NCBI GenBank assembly: GCA_964616915.1
Contig: CAZTSL010000009.1
Coordinates: 1-60,518, forward strand
Reading direction: 5' to 3'
Length of the DNA: 60,518 nucleotides
DNA from: an uncultured bacterium
GTDB lineage: Bacteria; Myxococcota_A; CAZTSL01
Both the position numbers and the translations under genes were made by a program. Within the stretch, counting starts at the first letter, position 1. Every line of letters starts with the position of its first letter. Shown here in pieces: positions 26,326 to 35,220 of this stretch. Under the pieces are notes generated by a model that was not told where the DNA came from, did not search any database, and saw nothing but the letters and a program-made list of their open reading frames with translations.

Positions 26326-26934
26326 ATGAACTCACACGTGGAAGCCATCCTCTACTTCTGGTTCGGCGAAAAGATCGAGGACGAGGCGATGCTTGGCGCC
26401 TTCCGGAAGCTCTGGTTCGGGGGGGATCCCCTCTTCGACGTACAGATGCGGGAGCGCTTCGCCGCCGACGTGCGCAGCGCGCGCGCCCACAAGCTCGATC
26501 ACTGGCAGGCGGCCCCCCTCGGAAGACTCGCCTTGATCCTCCTCCTCGATCAGTTCCCCCGCAACATCTACCGCCGAACGCCGAAGGCGTTCGCCTCGGA
26601 CGCACAGGCCCAGCAACTCTGCCTGGAGGGAATGGAGCGGGGAGACCTCGATTCGCTCGATCTCTTCCAGAAGGTCTTCTTCTGCATGCCGCTCATGCAC
26701 GCCGAATCCCTTCCCCTCCAGGAGAGATCGGTGGCCTGCTTCACGGCGATCGCCAGGGAAGCCCCATCCCACTTTGCCCCCTTCCTCGAGGAGACGGTCG
26801 CCTTTGCGCGGGAACATCGTGACCTGATCGCGCGCTTCGGCCGCTTTCCCCATCGAAACGAGATTCTCGAAAGAGCCTCGACACCGGAGGAGCGTGCCTA
26901 CCTCGAAGACGAGGGGTCGCGCTTCGGCCAGTAG
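26326..26934 (+). CDS. DUF924 family protein
   Basis: ILYFWFGE ... LLLDQFPRNIYRRTPKAFASDAQA ... MPLMHAESL ... RFGRFPHRNEILERASTPEERAYL matches the DUF924 pattern as I recall it. Confidence 0.8.
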   Translation: MNSHVEAILYFWFGEKIEDEAMLGAFRKLWFGGDPLFDVQMRERFAADVRSARAHKLDHWQAAPLGRLALILLLDQFPRNIYRRTPKAFASDAQAQQLCLEGMERGDLDSLDLFQKVFFCMPLMHAESLPLQERSVACFTAIAREAPSHFAPFLEETVAFAREHRDLIARFGRFPHRNEILERASTPEERAYLEDEGSRFGQ

Positions 26935-26936
26935 CG

Positions 26937-29900
26937 GTGTCGGGGGACAAAGAACGGATGCGTCGGACCGCTCTCCTTCTCTTCTTCCTCTCCGGGTTTT
27001 CGAGCCTGGTCCTGGAGTCGATCTGGATCCGGATGCTCACGCTCGTCTTCGGCTCGACGACCTTTTCGATCAGCACAGTGGTGGCGGCCTTCATGGGGGG
27101 GCTTGCGCTCGGGAGCTTCCTCATCGGGAAGTCTTCGGAGCGGATTTCGCGCCCCTTCCTCGCCTATGGGATCTGCGAGGGGATCATCGGGGTCTATGCG
27201 CTCCTCTTCCCCCTCCTCCTCACCCTTCTTCCCGCCCTCTACCGGATCGTGTGGCGGCATTTTGCCGTCTCCTTCTACGCCTTTTCCCTCCTGCGCTTCG
27301 GGATCGGTTTCCTCCTCCTCATCCTTCCGACCACGCTCATGGGAGGGACGCTGCCCCTCCTCTCCCGGCACCTCGTGACGCGCCGCGAAGAGATGGGCGC
27401 ATCGATCGGCACGCTCTACGCGGTGAATACGGCGGGCGCGGTCTGCGGCGCCTTCGCGAGCGGCTTCCTCCTCATGCCGATCTTCGGCGTATCGGCCACG
27501 AACGCGATCGCGGTGTCGATCGACCTCCTCCTCTTTGCCATCGTCATGGCTGCGGCAGGGAGGGAAGGAGGTTCGGCGAGGATGCCCCCCCCTTCCCCCG
27601 CGCAGGATCCGGGGGGAGAACCCGACGTCACTCCCCTCACAGCGGGGGGGTATCGGTCGCTGCTCGTGATCTTTGCGCTCTCCGGCTTCATCTCCCTCGT
27701 CTATCAGATCGTCTGGTCCCGTTCGTTGATCCTCGTGATCGGCTCTTCGATCTATGCCTTTGCGATCCTGCTCACCCTCTTCCTCGCCGGCCTTGCGATC
27801 GGGAGTTTCCTCTACGCGCGCTATCGGGGAACGAAAGGCGATCCGCTCGGCGACATGGCGTGGATCGAGTGTGGGATCGGGCTCTTCGCCTTCCTGGGGC
27901 TTTGCGTGATCGATTTCCTGCCGGTGGTTCAACTGGCCCTCTTCGAGTGGCTCGCGGTACGCCTCACGGTGGCGTACCTCGTGAAATTCCTCCTGGCGGG
28001 CGCCGTGATCTTCCTTCCGACACTGGGGATGGGGATGATCTTTCCAGCCGTGGTGCGGATCTACGGGGAACGATCCCGCCCGGTGGGACGCTCCGTGGGG
28101 GAGATCTACGCGGTGAACACGGTGGGTGCGATCTTCGGCTCCTTTGCGGGGGGGTTCCTCTTCGTCCCCTTCCTCGGTCTGGAGCGTTCCCTCCTCCTGG
28201 CTACGATGGCCAGTTTCCTTCTCGGTGCGGCCCTATTCCTCCTTCGGGCGCGTCATCGGGGCAAAGGGATGCGCCTTGCCCTCTTCCCCCTCCTTGCGGT
28301 GGGGACCGCGATCTTCCTCTATCGTCCCTGGAACCTCGAGATCCTCACGGCCGGAACATTTCGTTTGAGTGAGTACTTCAAGGGGCAAAATCATCTCGTC
28401 CCTTCCGTTGCGTCACGACGAGGCGAGGAAGACGTTTCTTCCCCTGCCCCCCCTCATGGGGAGACGCTCGCGGCGTGGGAGTCGGCGCTCCTTACAGAGG
28501 CGGCCGGACGGCTCGACTTCGAGGATTTCGTCTACACCCGCCACGAACCGGTGGAGTCGATCGAACTCGCCTACTACCACGAGGGGATCTCCGCCACGGT
28601 GACGACCCGTGGCGTCCGCTCCAGGACCTACCGCCCCGATCTCTTCTGGCAGCACTACGCGCTGACCACGAACGGAAAGACGGACGCCTCGGCGATCTAC
28701 CTCGAGGCGCTTTCCCCCGAGGGCAAGGTGTTGCGCCGGGGGGGGATCGATCTCTACGGTGACGAGGAGACCCAGACCCTCGCCGGCCTCCTCTCGATCC
28801 TCCTCCACCCCGCGCCCAGGCGGGGGTTCGTCCTTGGCTACGGCAGCGGGATGAGCGCGGGTGCGATGCTCGCCACCCCGATCGAACATATCGATATCGC
28901 CGAGATCGAACGGGGGATGGTGGAGGGGGCCCGTTTCTTCGCTCCCCTCAACCATCATGCGGCCGACGATCCACGCGTCACGATGATCTACAACGATGGC
29001 CGGAATTATCTCCTGGCCACCGACACGCGCTACGACGTGATCTCCTCCTACCCCTCCAACCCCTGGATCGCCGGGATCGGTTCGCTCTTCACCCGGGAGT
29101 TCTTCGCGCTCGCCCGGGAGCGACTCGCGCCGGGCGGGATCTTCGTGCAGTGGTTCCACCTCTACGAGATCTCACCGGAGAACGTCAAGGTCGTGCTGCG
29201 GACCTTTGCCGATGCGTTCCCCCATGTGGTCGTCTTCCACGCGAAGCTCACGGGGGTCGATCTCCTCCTCGTCGGTTCGGAGCAACCGATCGATCTCTCT
29301 ACGACGACGCTCGAGGAGCGGATGTCGCTCCCCACGGTTCGTCCCCTCCTCGACGCCCTCCATCTCCATACGCCCCAGGATCTCCTCGCCGATCTCATCC
29401 TCGTGGAGGGGGACGTGCGCGCCTATGCGGGGGAAGGGCCGCTGAACACGGACGACAACGCTTACCTCGAGTTCTCCACCCCGAAGGATCTCGTGGCCTA
29501 CCGGCGTTTCTCGCCGGAGGAGATCGTGGCGGAGATGCGAGCGGCCTTCTCCGGACTCGATCTCCTTGCGCTTTCGAGCCCGGAGAAGAGCGCCCTCGTC
29601 GCAGGGTATCTGCGTGCCGGGGAGCACGCGCTCGCCGACGCCCTCCTGGCCCAGCTCACGGACGCCGATCCGGAGACGATCCGCACGCTCACCTGTACCT
29701 CGCGGAATCTCTACGAAACGCACGACCGGCTCCTGGCGATCAACGAGCGCTTGTGGACCGAGGTGCCCCGTCTTGCGCCGGGACGGGATCTCTCCGCCAT
29801 GGCCTCGGCGCTGCGGCGGGGGAAACACGATCTTGCCCTCGAGCAACTTCGTGCCGCCTTCCCCGATCGGGAGGATCCCCCCATCGTCGAACTCCTCGCC

Positions 29901-30107
29901 GGTTTCGTCGAGTTCCTTCGGGGACGTCCCCTCCCGGCCTTCACCCTCCTCACCGCGGCCCTCGAATCGGCACGGATTAAACGGGCCTTCCCCGAGGCGC
30001 ATCTTCTGCTGGGGTGGATCCACCAGGACCTCCACCAGCCGATCCGCAACTACGAAGCCGTACGCGCTTTCTGCGAGGCCTCCACGGGAGCGCGGGAAAG
30101 GCCGTGA
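26937..30107 (+). CDS. Fused polytopic-membrane / spermidine-synthase-like protein with C-terminal TPR-like region
   Basis: The N-terminus ALLLFFLSGFSSLVLESIWIRMLTLVFGSTTFSISTVVAAFMGGLALGS, followed by many TM segments, is typical of fused MFS/spermidine synthase proteins. The methyltransferase-fold core reads VLGYGSGMSAGAML...IDIAEIE...NDGRNYL...YDVISSYPSNPW. GTG 26937 or ATG 26958 could be the start. Confidence 0.85.
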   Translation: MSGDKERMRRTALLLFFLSGFSSLVLESIWIRMLTLVFGSTTFSISTVVAAFMGGLALGSFLIGKSSERISRPFLAYGICEGIIGVYALLFPLLLTLLPALYRIVWRHFAVSFYAFSLLRFGIGFLLLILPTTLMGGTLPLLSRHLVTRREEMGASIGTLYAVNTAGAVCGAFASGFLLMPIFGVSATNAIAVSIDLLLFAIVMAAAGREGGSARMPPPSPAQDPGGEPDVTPLTAGGYRSLLVIFALSGFISLVYQIVWSRSLILVIGSSIYAFAILLTLFLAGLAIGSFLYARYRGTKGDPLGDMAWIECGIGLFAFLGLCVIDFLPVVQLALFEWLAVRLTVAYLVKFLLAGAVIFLPTLGMGMIFPAVVRIYGERSRPVGRSVGEIYAVNTVGAIFGSFAGGFLFVPFLGLERSLLLATMASFLLGAALFLLRARHRGKGMRLALFPLLAVGTAIFLYRPWNLEILTAGTFRLSEYFKGQNHLVPSVASRRGEEDVSSPAPPHGETLAAWESALLTEAAGRLDFEDFVYTRHEPVESIELAYYHEGISATVTTRGVRSRTYRPDLFWQHYALTTNGKTDASAIYLEALSPEGKVLRRGGIDLYGDEETQTLAGLLSILLHPAPRRGFVLGYGSGMSAGAMLATPIEHIDIAEIERGMVEGARFFAPLNHHAADDPRVTMIYNDGRNYLLATDTRYDVISSYPSNPWIAGIGSLFTREFFALARERLAPGGIFVQWFHLYEISPENVKVVLRTFADAFPHVVVFHAKLTGVDLLLVGSEQPIDLSTTTLEERMSLPTVRPLLDALHLHTPQDLLADLILVEGDVRAYAGEGPLNTDDNAYLEFSTPKDLVAYRRFSPEEIVAEMRAAFSGLDLLALSSPEKSALVAGYLRAGEHALADALLAQLTDADPETIRTLTCTSRNLYETHDRLLAINERLWTEVPRLAPGRDLSAMASALRRGKHDLALEQLRAAFPDREDPPIVELLAGFVEFLRGRPLPAFTLLTAALESARIKRAFPEAHLLLGWIHQDLHQPIRNYEAVRAFCEASTGARERP

Positions 30108-30171
30108 GAGATCACGGGGCTGCGCCCCCCGCCGGCCGCCGGAGAAGAGACGATCCGCAGGACCCTGAAAG

Positions 30172-31251
30172 ATGAGGATGCCCAAGCACGCCGTCGATCG
30201 CCAGAGACCCTCCCCCGCCCCCTCCGCCACCTTCCCCTCCACCCGCTATCAGGGAAGCAAGGCGAAACTCGTCGATTGGATCTGGGAACGAATCTCAGAC
30301 CTCGATTTCGTGACCGCCCTCGATGCCTTTGGCGGCACCGGGAGCATCGCCTATCGACTGAAGCAGGCAGGCAAGGAGGTCACCTACAACGATCTGCTCC
30401 GCTTCAACCATTACATCGGCCGAGCCCTCATCGAAAACAGGGAGACCCGACTCAGCTCCGAAGAGGTCGATTGGCTGCTCCAGAGAGATCCCCAGATCGA
30501 ATATCCCCGCTTCGTCGAAACCACGTTCGCCGACATCTATTTCACCGATGAAGAGAACGCATGGATCGACCAGACGATCACCAATATCCGACGATTGACC
30601 GACCCCTACAAGTATGCCTTGGCGTTCTTCGCGCTCTCCCAGGCCTGTATCATCAAGCGGCCCTATAACTTGTTCCATCGGAAGAACCTCTACATGCGTC
30701 TCGCGGACGTCGAACGCTCTTTCGGGAACAAGGCGACGTGGAACAGACCCTTCGAGGCGTGGTTTCGCATCTTCGCCGAAGAAGCGAACCGGGCAGTCTT
30801 CGACAATGGCAGAACGAACCGCTCCTTCAATCTCGATGCACTCGACGTTCCTGGTGAGTATGACCTCGTCTATATCGACACCCCGTACATCTCGAGAGGG
30901 GGCAGATCGATCGACTACCGGCGCTTCTACCACTTCCTGGAGGGCTTGACGATGTACGACGAGTGGGAGGAACATATCGACCGGCATTCGAAACATCTCC
31001 CCTTGAAACCCCTGAAGACGGCCTGGACGGACAAACGGCGGATTCATGCCGCCTTCGATCGTCTCTTCGAGCGATACCAGAAGAGCATCCTCGTCGTCTC
31101 CTATCGAGGGGACGGCATCCCTTCCGAGACGGAACTCGTATCGCTCCTCGAGCGATACAAGCAAAAGGTTCGTGTCGAACACTTTGGAAGGTATCGGTAC
31201 GCATTGTCTACGAACCCGGCGGCGAGAGAGATGCTCTTGATCGGCATGTGA
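30172..31251 (+). CDS. D12-class (Dam-like) N6-adenine DNA methyltransferase, apparently orphan
   Basis: RYQGSKAKL matches the Y-x-G-x-K motif. DAFGGTGS matches the FxGxG SAM-binding motif. VYIDTPY is a DPPY-type catalytic motif. ILVVSY lies near the C-terminus. More A/T-ending codons and visibly lower GC than the neighbouring genes. Confidence 0.85.
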   Translation: MRMPKHAVDRQRPSPAPSATFPSTRYQGSKAKLVDWIWERISDLDFVTALDAFGGTGSIAYRLKQAGKEVTYNDLLRFNHYIGRALIENRETRLSSEEVDWLLQRDPQIEYPRFVETTFADIYFTDEENAWIDQTITNIRRLTDPYKYALAFFALSQACIIKRPYNLFHRKNLYMRLADVERSFGNKATWNRPFEAWFRIFAEEANRAVFDNGRTNRSFNLDALDVPGEYDLVYIDTPYISRGGRSIDYRRFYHFLEGLTMYDEWEEHIDRHSKHLPLKPLKTAWTDKRRIHAAFDRLFERYQKSILVVSYRGDGIPSETELVSLLERYKQKVRVEHFGRYRYALSTNPAAREMLLIGM

Positions 31252-31433
31252 ACAGGAAAGCCTTCCCCCTTTCCCCGTCGAGCGAGGTGTCATTCGAACG
31301 ACCCCTGCCACCCGTCGGATGCTCCTCATCCTCCTCATCATTCGTAGGGAATGCTCCGATACGTAGAGAAAATACTTACCGGAAAAGGAGCGAAGAATCC
31401 CTCTCCCCCTCGCACGGATGAAGATCGTGGAGC

Positions 31434-33620
31434 GTGGTGCGGAGATTCAGGGACTTGAACGAAAGTAGATGGGGTGATATCGTGAAGGAAAGGGTCCGGA
31501 ATTTTGGGTCGAGGGAACGAAATCGCCATCTCCTGGCGGGCGTCCTTTTCGGGGCGCTCTTCCCGGTCGGAGCGACGATCCTCGATCTCGTGCTCCAGGG
31601 ACTCCCGTTCCGGTGGGACAGTATCGTCCGCCTCCAGCGCACCCAGCCCCTCCACTGGATCATCGACACGGCGCCCTTCTTCCTCGGCGTGGCCGGAGCA
31701 TTCATCGGAGCAGGGAAGGATGCCTTGCGCCGAATCAATCTCGATCAGGAACGGATCATCGAAAAGCGCACCGAGGAACTCTCCCGCATGAACGACGAAC
31801 TCCTCCTGACGAACCGCTTCCTCGAACGCTCGAACGAGGCGTTGCGAGCGGCAAAGGAGGAACTCGAGGAACTCAACAAGGCGTTGACGGCACAGATCGA
31901 GGAACGGAAACGGATGGCCCGGGAACTCCAGAGCGCCAAGGAAGCGGCGGAAGCCGCGGTCCAGACCCAGTCGAAGTTCCTTGCGAACATGAGCCATGAG
32001 ATCCGGACCCCGATGAACGCCGTCATCGGGATGACGACCCTCCTGCTCGATACGAACCTCGACCCGGAACAACGGGAGTTCGCCGAAACGATCCGCAACG
32101 CCTCCGACGCCCTCCTCGAACTCATCAACGACATCCTCGATTTCTCCAAACTCGAAGCGGGGAAGGTCCACCTCGAGTGCATCACCTTCGATCTTCGAAC
32201 CACGGTCGAAGGGGTCATCCAGATGCTGGCCAACCAGGCACAGGCCAAGGGGCTGGAGATCGAGTGCCTGATCCATCACGACGTGCCCAACTCCCTGCGT
32301 GGCGACCCGGGGAGACTTCGCCAGGTCTTGACGAACCTCGTGGGCAACGCGATCAAGTTCACGCAAAAGGGGGAAGTGCTCGTGCGGGTCCGCTTCGTGA
32401 CCGAGGAAGCAGAGACGGTCGTGCTCCGCTTCGAGGTGAGCGATACCGGCATCGGGATCGAGGCGGAGAAACTCGCCACGATCTTCGACCCCTTCACCCA
32501 GGCCGATGCCTCCACGACCCGCCTCTATGGCGGAACCGGCCTCGGACTCTCCATCTCGAAGCAGATCGTGGAGAAGATGGGGGGAAAAATCGAGGTCGAG
32601 AGTCTCCTCGGACGGGGGAGCACCTTCTCCTTCACGGCCCGCTTCCTCCTCCAGGACGATGTCACCTGGAGCCTCCCGAATCCCCGAAACGACCTCAAAG
32701 GGGTACGGATCCTCATCGTCGATGACCACGAGACGAACCGCAAGATCCTGGCCGCCCAGGTCACGATGTGGAGCATGTCCTACGAGGAGGCCGAAAATGG
32801 ACGGGAAGCGCTCGAGATGATCCGGGCCGCGGCAGCAGCGGGAAACCCCTTCGAGATCGCGATCATCGACTACGAGATGCCGGAGATGGACGGAACGACC
32901 CTGGCTCAGACGATCAAGGCGGATCCAGCCATCGCCGGAATCCGTCTCGTCATGCTCACCTCGATCGCCCGGCGCGGCCAGGGGGAGAAGGCGAGAAAAG
33001 CGGGGATCTCCGCGTACCTCACCAAGCCGGTACGCCAGCACGTCCTCTACGACTGCCTCACCCGCCTGCTCGGCGATCCGGTACGGCCCGAGATGATCTA
33101 CCCCCCCACCCGCCTCATCACCCGCCATACGCTGAAGGAACTCGAAGCGCGCGAGCAACTGCGCGTCCTCCTCGTGGAGGACAACGCCGTCAACCAGAAG
33201 GTCGCGGTGCGGATGCTCAAGAAACTCGGCCTGCGTCCCGATGTCGCGAGCAACGGCATGGAGGCGGTCAAGGCCGTCTCCACCTGCGCCTACGATCTCG
33301 TCTTCATGGATTGCCAGATGCCCGAGATGGATGGCTATGAAGCCACCGCAACGATCCGGGGGATCGAGGGGACGACTCGCCACACCCCGATCATCGCCAT
33401 GACCGCCCACGCGATGCAGGGGGATCGAGAAGCATGCCTCGCAGCGGGAATGGACGATTACATCGCCAAACCGGTCCAGTTCAAGGCACTCGAAGCCATG
33501 ATCGCCAAATGGGGCGGCAGCAGGGCAAAGCAGAACGAAAGCAGCCCGAACGAGGCTTCCTCCACCGCTCCGTCCCCCCCGGCGCAGCGTTCCACGGGCG
33601 AAACCCTTGGGATGGAGTGA
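31434..33620 (+). CDS. Hybrid sensor histidine kinase (TM/coiled-coil, HisKA, HATPase_c, two REC domains)
   Basis: H-box [22 protein letters not shown] boxes [16 protein letters not shown] and [12 protein letters not shown]1 reads [10 protein letters not shown]...[11 protein letters not shown]...TKP. REC2 reads [10 protein letters not shown]...[11 protein letters not shown]...IAKP. The start (GTG 31434) is uncertain by a few codons. Confidence 0.9.
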   Translation: MVRRFRDLNESRWGDIVKERVRNFGSRERNRHLLAGVLFGALFPVGATILDLVLQGLPFRWDSIVRLQRTQPLHWIIDTAPFFLGVAGAFIGAGKDALRRINLDQERIIEKRTEELSRMNDELLLTNRFLERSNEALRAAKEELEELNKALTAQIEERKRMARELQSAKEAAEAAVQTQSKFLANMSHEIRTPMNAVIGMTTLLLDTNLDPEQREFAETIRNASDALLELINDILDFSKLEAGKVHLECITFDLRTTVEGVIQMLANQAQAKGLEIECLIHHDVPNSLRGDPGRLRQVLTNLVGNAIKFTQKGEVLVRVRFVTEEAETVVLRFEVSDTGIGIEAEKLATIFDPFTQADASTTRLYGGTGLGLSISKQIVEKMGGKIEVESLLGRGSTFSFTARFLLQDDVTWSLPNPRNDLKGVRILIVDDHETNRKILAAQVTMWSMSYEEAENGREALEMIRAAAAAGNPFEIAIIDYEMPEMDGTTLAQTIKADPAIAGIRLVMLTSIARRGQGEKARKAGISAYLTKPVRQHVLYDCLTRLLGDPVRPEMIYPPTRLITRHTLKELEAREQLRVLLVEDNAVNQKVAVRMLKKLGLRPDVASNGMEAVKAVSTCAYDLVFMDCQMPEMDGYEATATIRGIEGTTRHTPIIAMTAHAMQGDREACLAAGMDDYIAKPVQFKALEAMIAKWGGSRAKQNESSPNEASSTAPSPPAQRSTGETLGME

Positions 33621-33624
33621 CCAG

Positions 33625-35190
33625 ATGCGCATCCCCTTCCATCGAGACGACCTTGCGGAGATCCGACGCCACGGCCTCACCGAAACGGAGGCACGCCGAC
33701 AACTGGAACTCCTGTCGCAGCCCCGGCGCTACGTGCGCATCGTTCGCCCCTGCCGGGTGGGGGATGGAATCCGCCGCCTCGAGGATGCCGAGATCGCAGC
33801 GAGCCTCGCCCGCTACGAGACGGCCCGCCAGCAGGGGCGGGTGATGAAGTTCGTCCCCGCCTCCGGCGCGGCCACCCGGATGTTCCGGCACCTCGTGCGC
33901 TTCTTCCGGGAACCCGATCTCTCCTGGGAAGGGATCGCGGCCCTGGCCGGAGCGGGGGACGAAGACGCCCGCCTCTTCGTCGAGTTCTTCGAGCACCTCG
34001 ATCGTTTCCCCTTTGCCGGGGAGATCGAACGGCGTCTTGGCGCCACGATCACCTCGGAGGGGGTGAGGAAGCGAAACCTCAGGGAGATCCTCGAGATCCT
34101 CCTGAGCGACACCGCCCTGGCCTATGCCACCCTTCCCAAGGCGCTCATCCCCTTTCACCGCGATCGTTCCGGCATCTTCCCCCCCCTTGCGGAACACCTG
34201 CGGGAAGGGGCGGCCTATACGGCCGATCTCTCCGGCCGCGTCCGGATCCACTTCACGATCGCAGCAGAGGCCCGCCCCCGCTTCGAGCGAGCCCTCACCG
34301 CGATCCTCGAGCAATTGCAGGCCCCCCACGAAGGGATCGTCTTCGAGGTCACATTCTCCTGCCAACACCCCGCCACGGACACGCTGGCCGTCGATCCCGA
34401 AAACCGCCCCTTCCGCAAGGGGGATGGTTCCCTCCTCTTTCGTCCCGGTGGGCATGGTGCCCTCATCACCAATCTCGATGCCCTCGGGGGCGACATCGTC
34501 TTCATCAAGAACATCGACAACGTCGCCCCCGCGCGGATGCTGCCAGAGATCGCCCGATGGAAGCGGATCCTTGGAGGTTACCTCCTCGGCGTAGCGGAAC
34601 GGATCGATGCGGCGCTCGAGACGCTCGAGGGAAACCCCACCCCCGAGACGATCGAGGAGATCGCACGCTTCACGGAAGAGACCGTGGGCCACCCCCTCCC
34701 CGCGCACTTCGCCTCCTCCCCCCTTGCAGAGCGGATCGCCATCCTCCGCGACCGCCTCGACCGCCCCCTGCGGGTCTGCGGGATGGTTCCGAACCGGGGG
34801 GAAGCAGGGGGGGGACCCTTCTGGGTCCGTGGCGAGGACGGCACCCCCAGCCTTCGGATCGTGGAACGCGCCGAGATCGACCCCGAAATCGATGGGGAGC
34901 GCTTCAGGAGGGCTACCCATTTCAACCCCGTCGATCTCGTCTGCCGCCTGCGCGACCGGCGAGGGAACCTCTACCGGCTCGAACGCTACATCGACCCCAC
35001 CGCGGTCTTCATCACCGAAAAGTCGTACGAGGGGCGCAGACTCAAGGCTCTCGAACGCCCCGGCCTCTGGAACGGGGCGATGGCACATTGGAATACCCTC
35101 TTCGTCGAAGTTCCGGCCTTCACCTTCAACCCCGTCAAACGGGTCAACGATCTCCTTGCGCCGGCACACCGATCGGAAGGGGAATCCTGA
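33625..35190 (+). CDS. DUF4301 family protein (UDP-sugar pyrophosphorylase-like nucleotidyltransferase fold inferred)
   Basis: KFVPASGAATRMF and RPGGHGALITNLDALGGDIVFIKNIDN resemble the NTP-binding loop and the PxGHG...N-x-DN block of UGPase/UAP-type enzymes. Length is about 520 aa. ATG 33625 lies 4 nt after the upstream kinase stop. The family name is from memory and was not searched. Confidence 0.6.
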   Translation: MRIPFHRDDLAEIRRHGLTETEARRQLELLSQPRRYVRIVRPCRVGDGIRRLEDAEIAASLARYETARQQGRVMKFVPASGAATRMFRHLVRFFREPDLSWEGIAALAGAGDEDARLFVEFFEHLDRFPFAGEIERRLGATITSEGVRKRNLREILEILLSDTALAYATLPKALIPFHRDRSGIFPPLAEHLREGAAYTADLSGRVRIHFTIAAEARPRFERALTAILEQLQAPHEGIVFEVTFSCQHPATDTLAVDPENRPFRKGDGSLLFRPGGHGALITNLDALGGDIVFIKNIDNVAPARMLPEIARWKRILGGYLLGVAERIDAALETLEGNPTPETIEEIARFTEETVGHPLPAHFASSPLAERIAILRDRLDRPLRVCGMVPNRGEAGGGPFWVRGEDGTPSLRIVERAEIDPEIDGERFRRATHFNPVDLVCRLRDRRGNLYRLERYIDPTAVFITEKSYEGRRLKALERPGLWNGAMAHWNTLFVEVPAFTFNPVKRVNDLLAPAHRSEGES

Positions 35191-35220
35191 CCGATCCTTC
35201 AGAGGAACGAGGAAACATCG

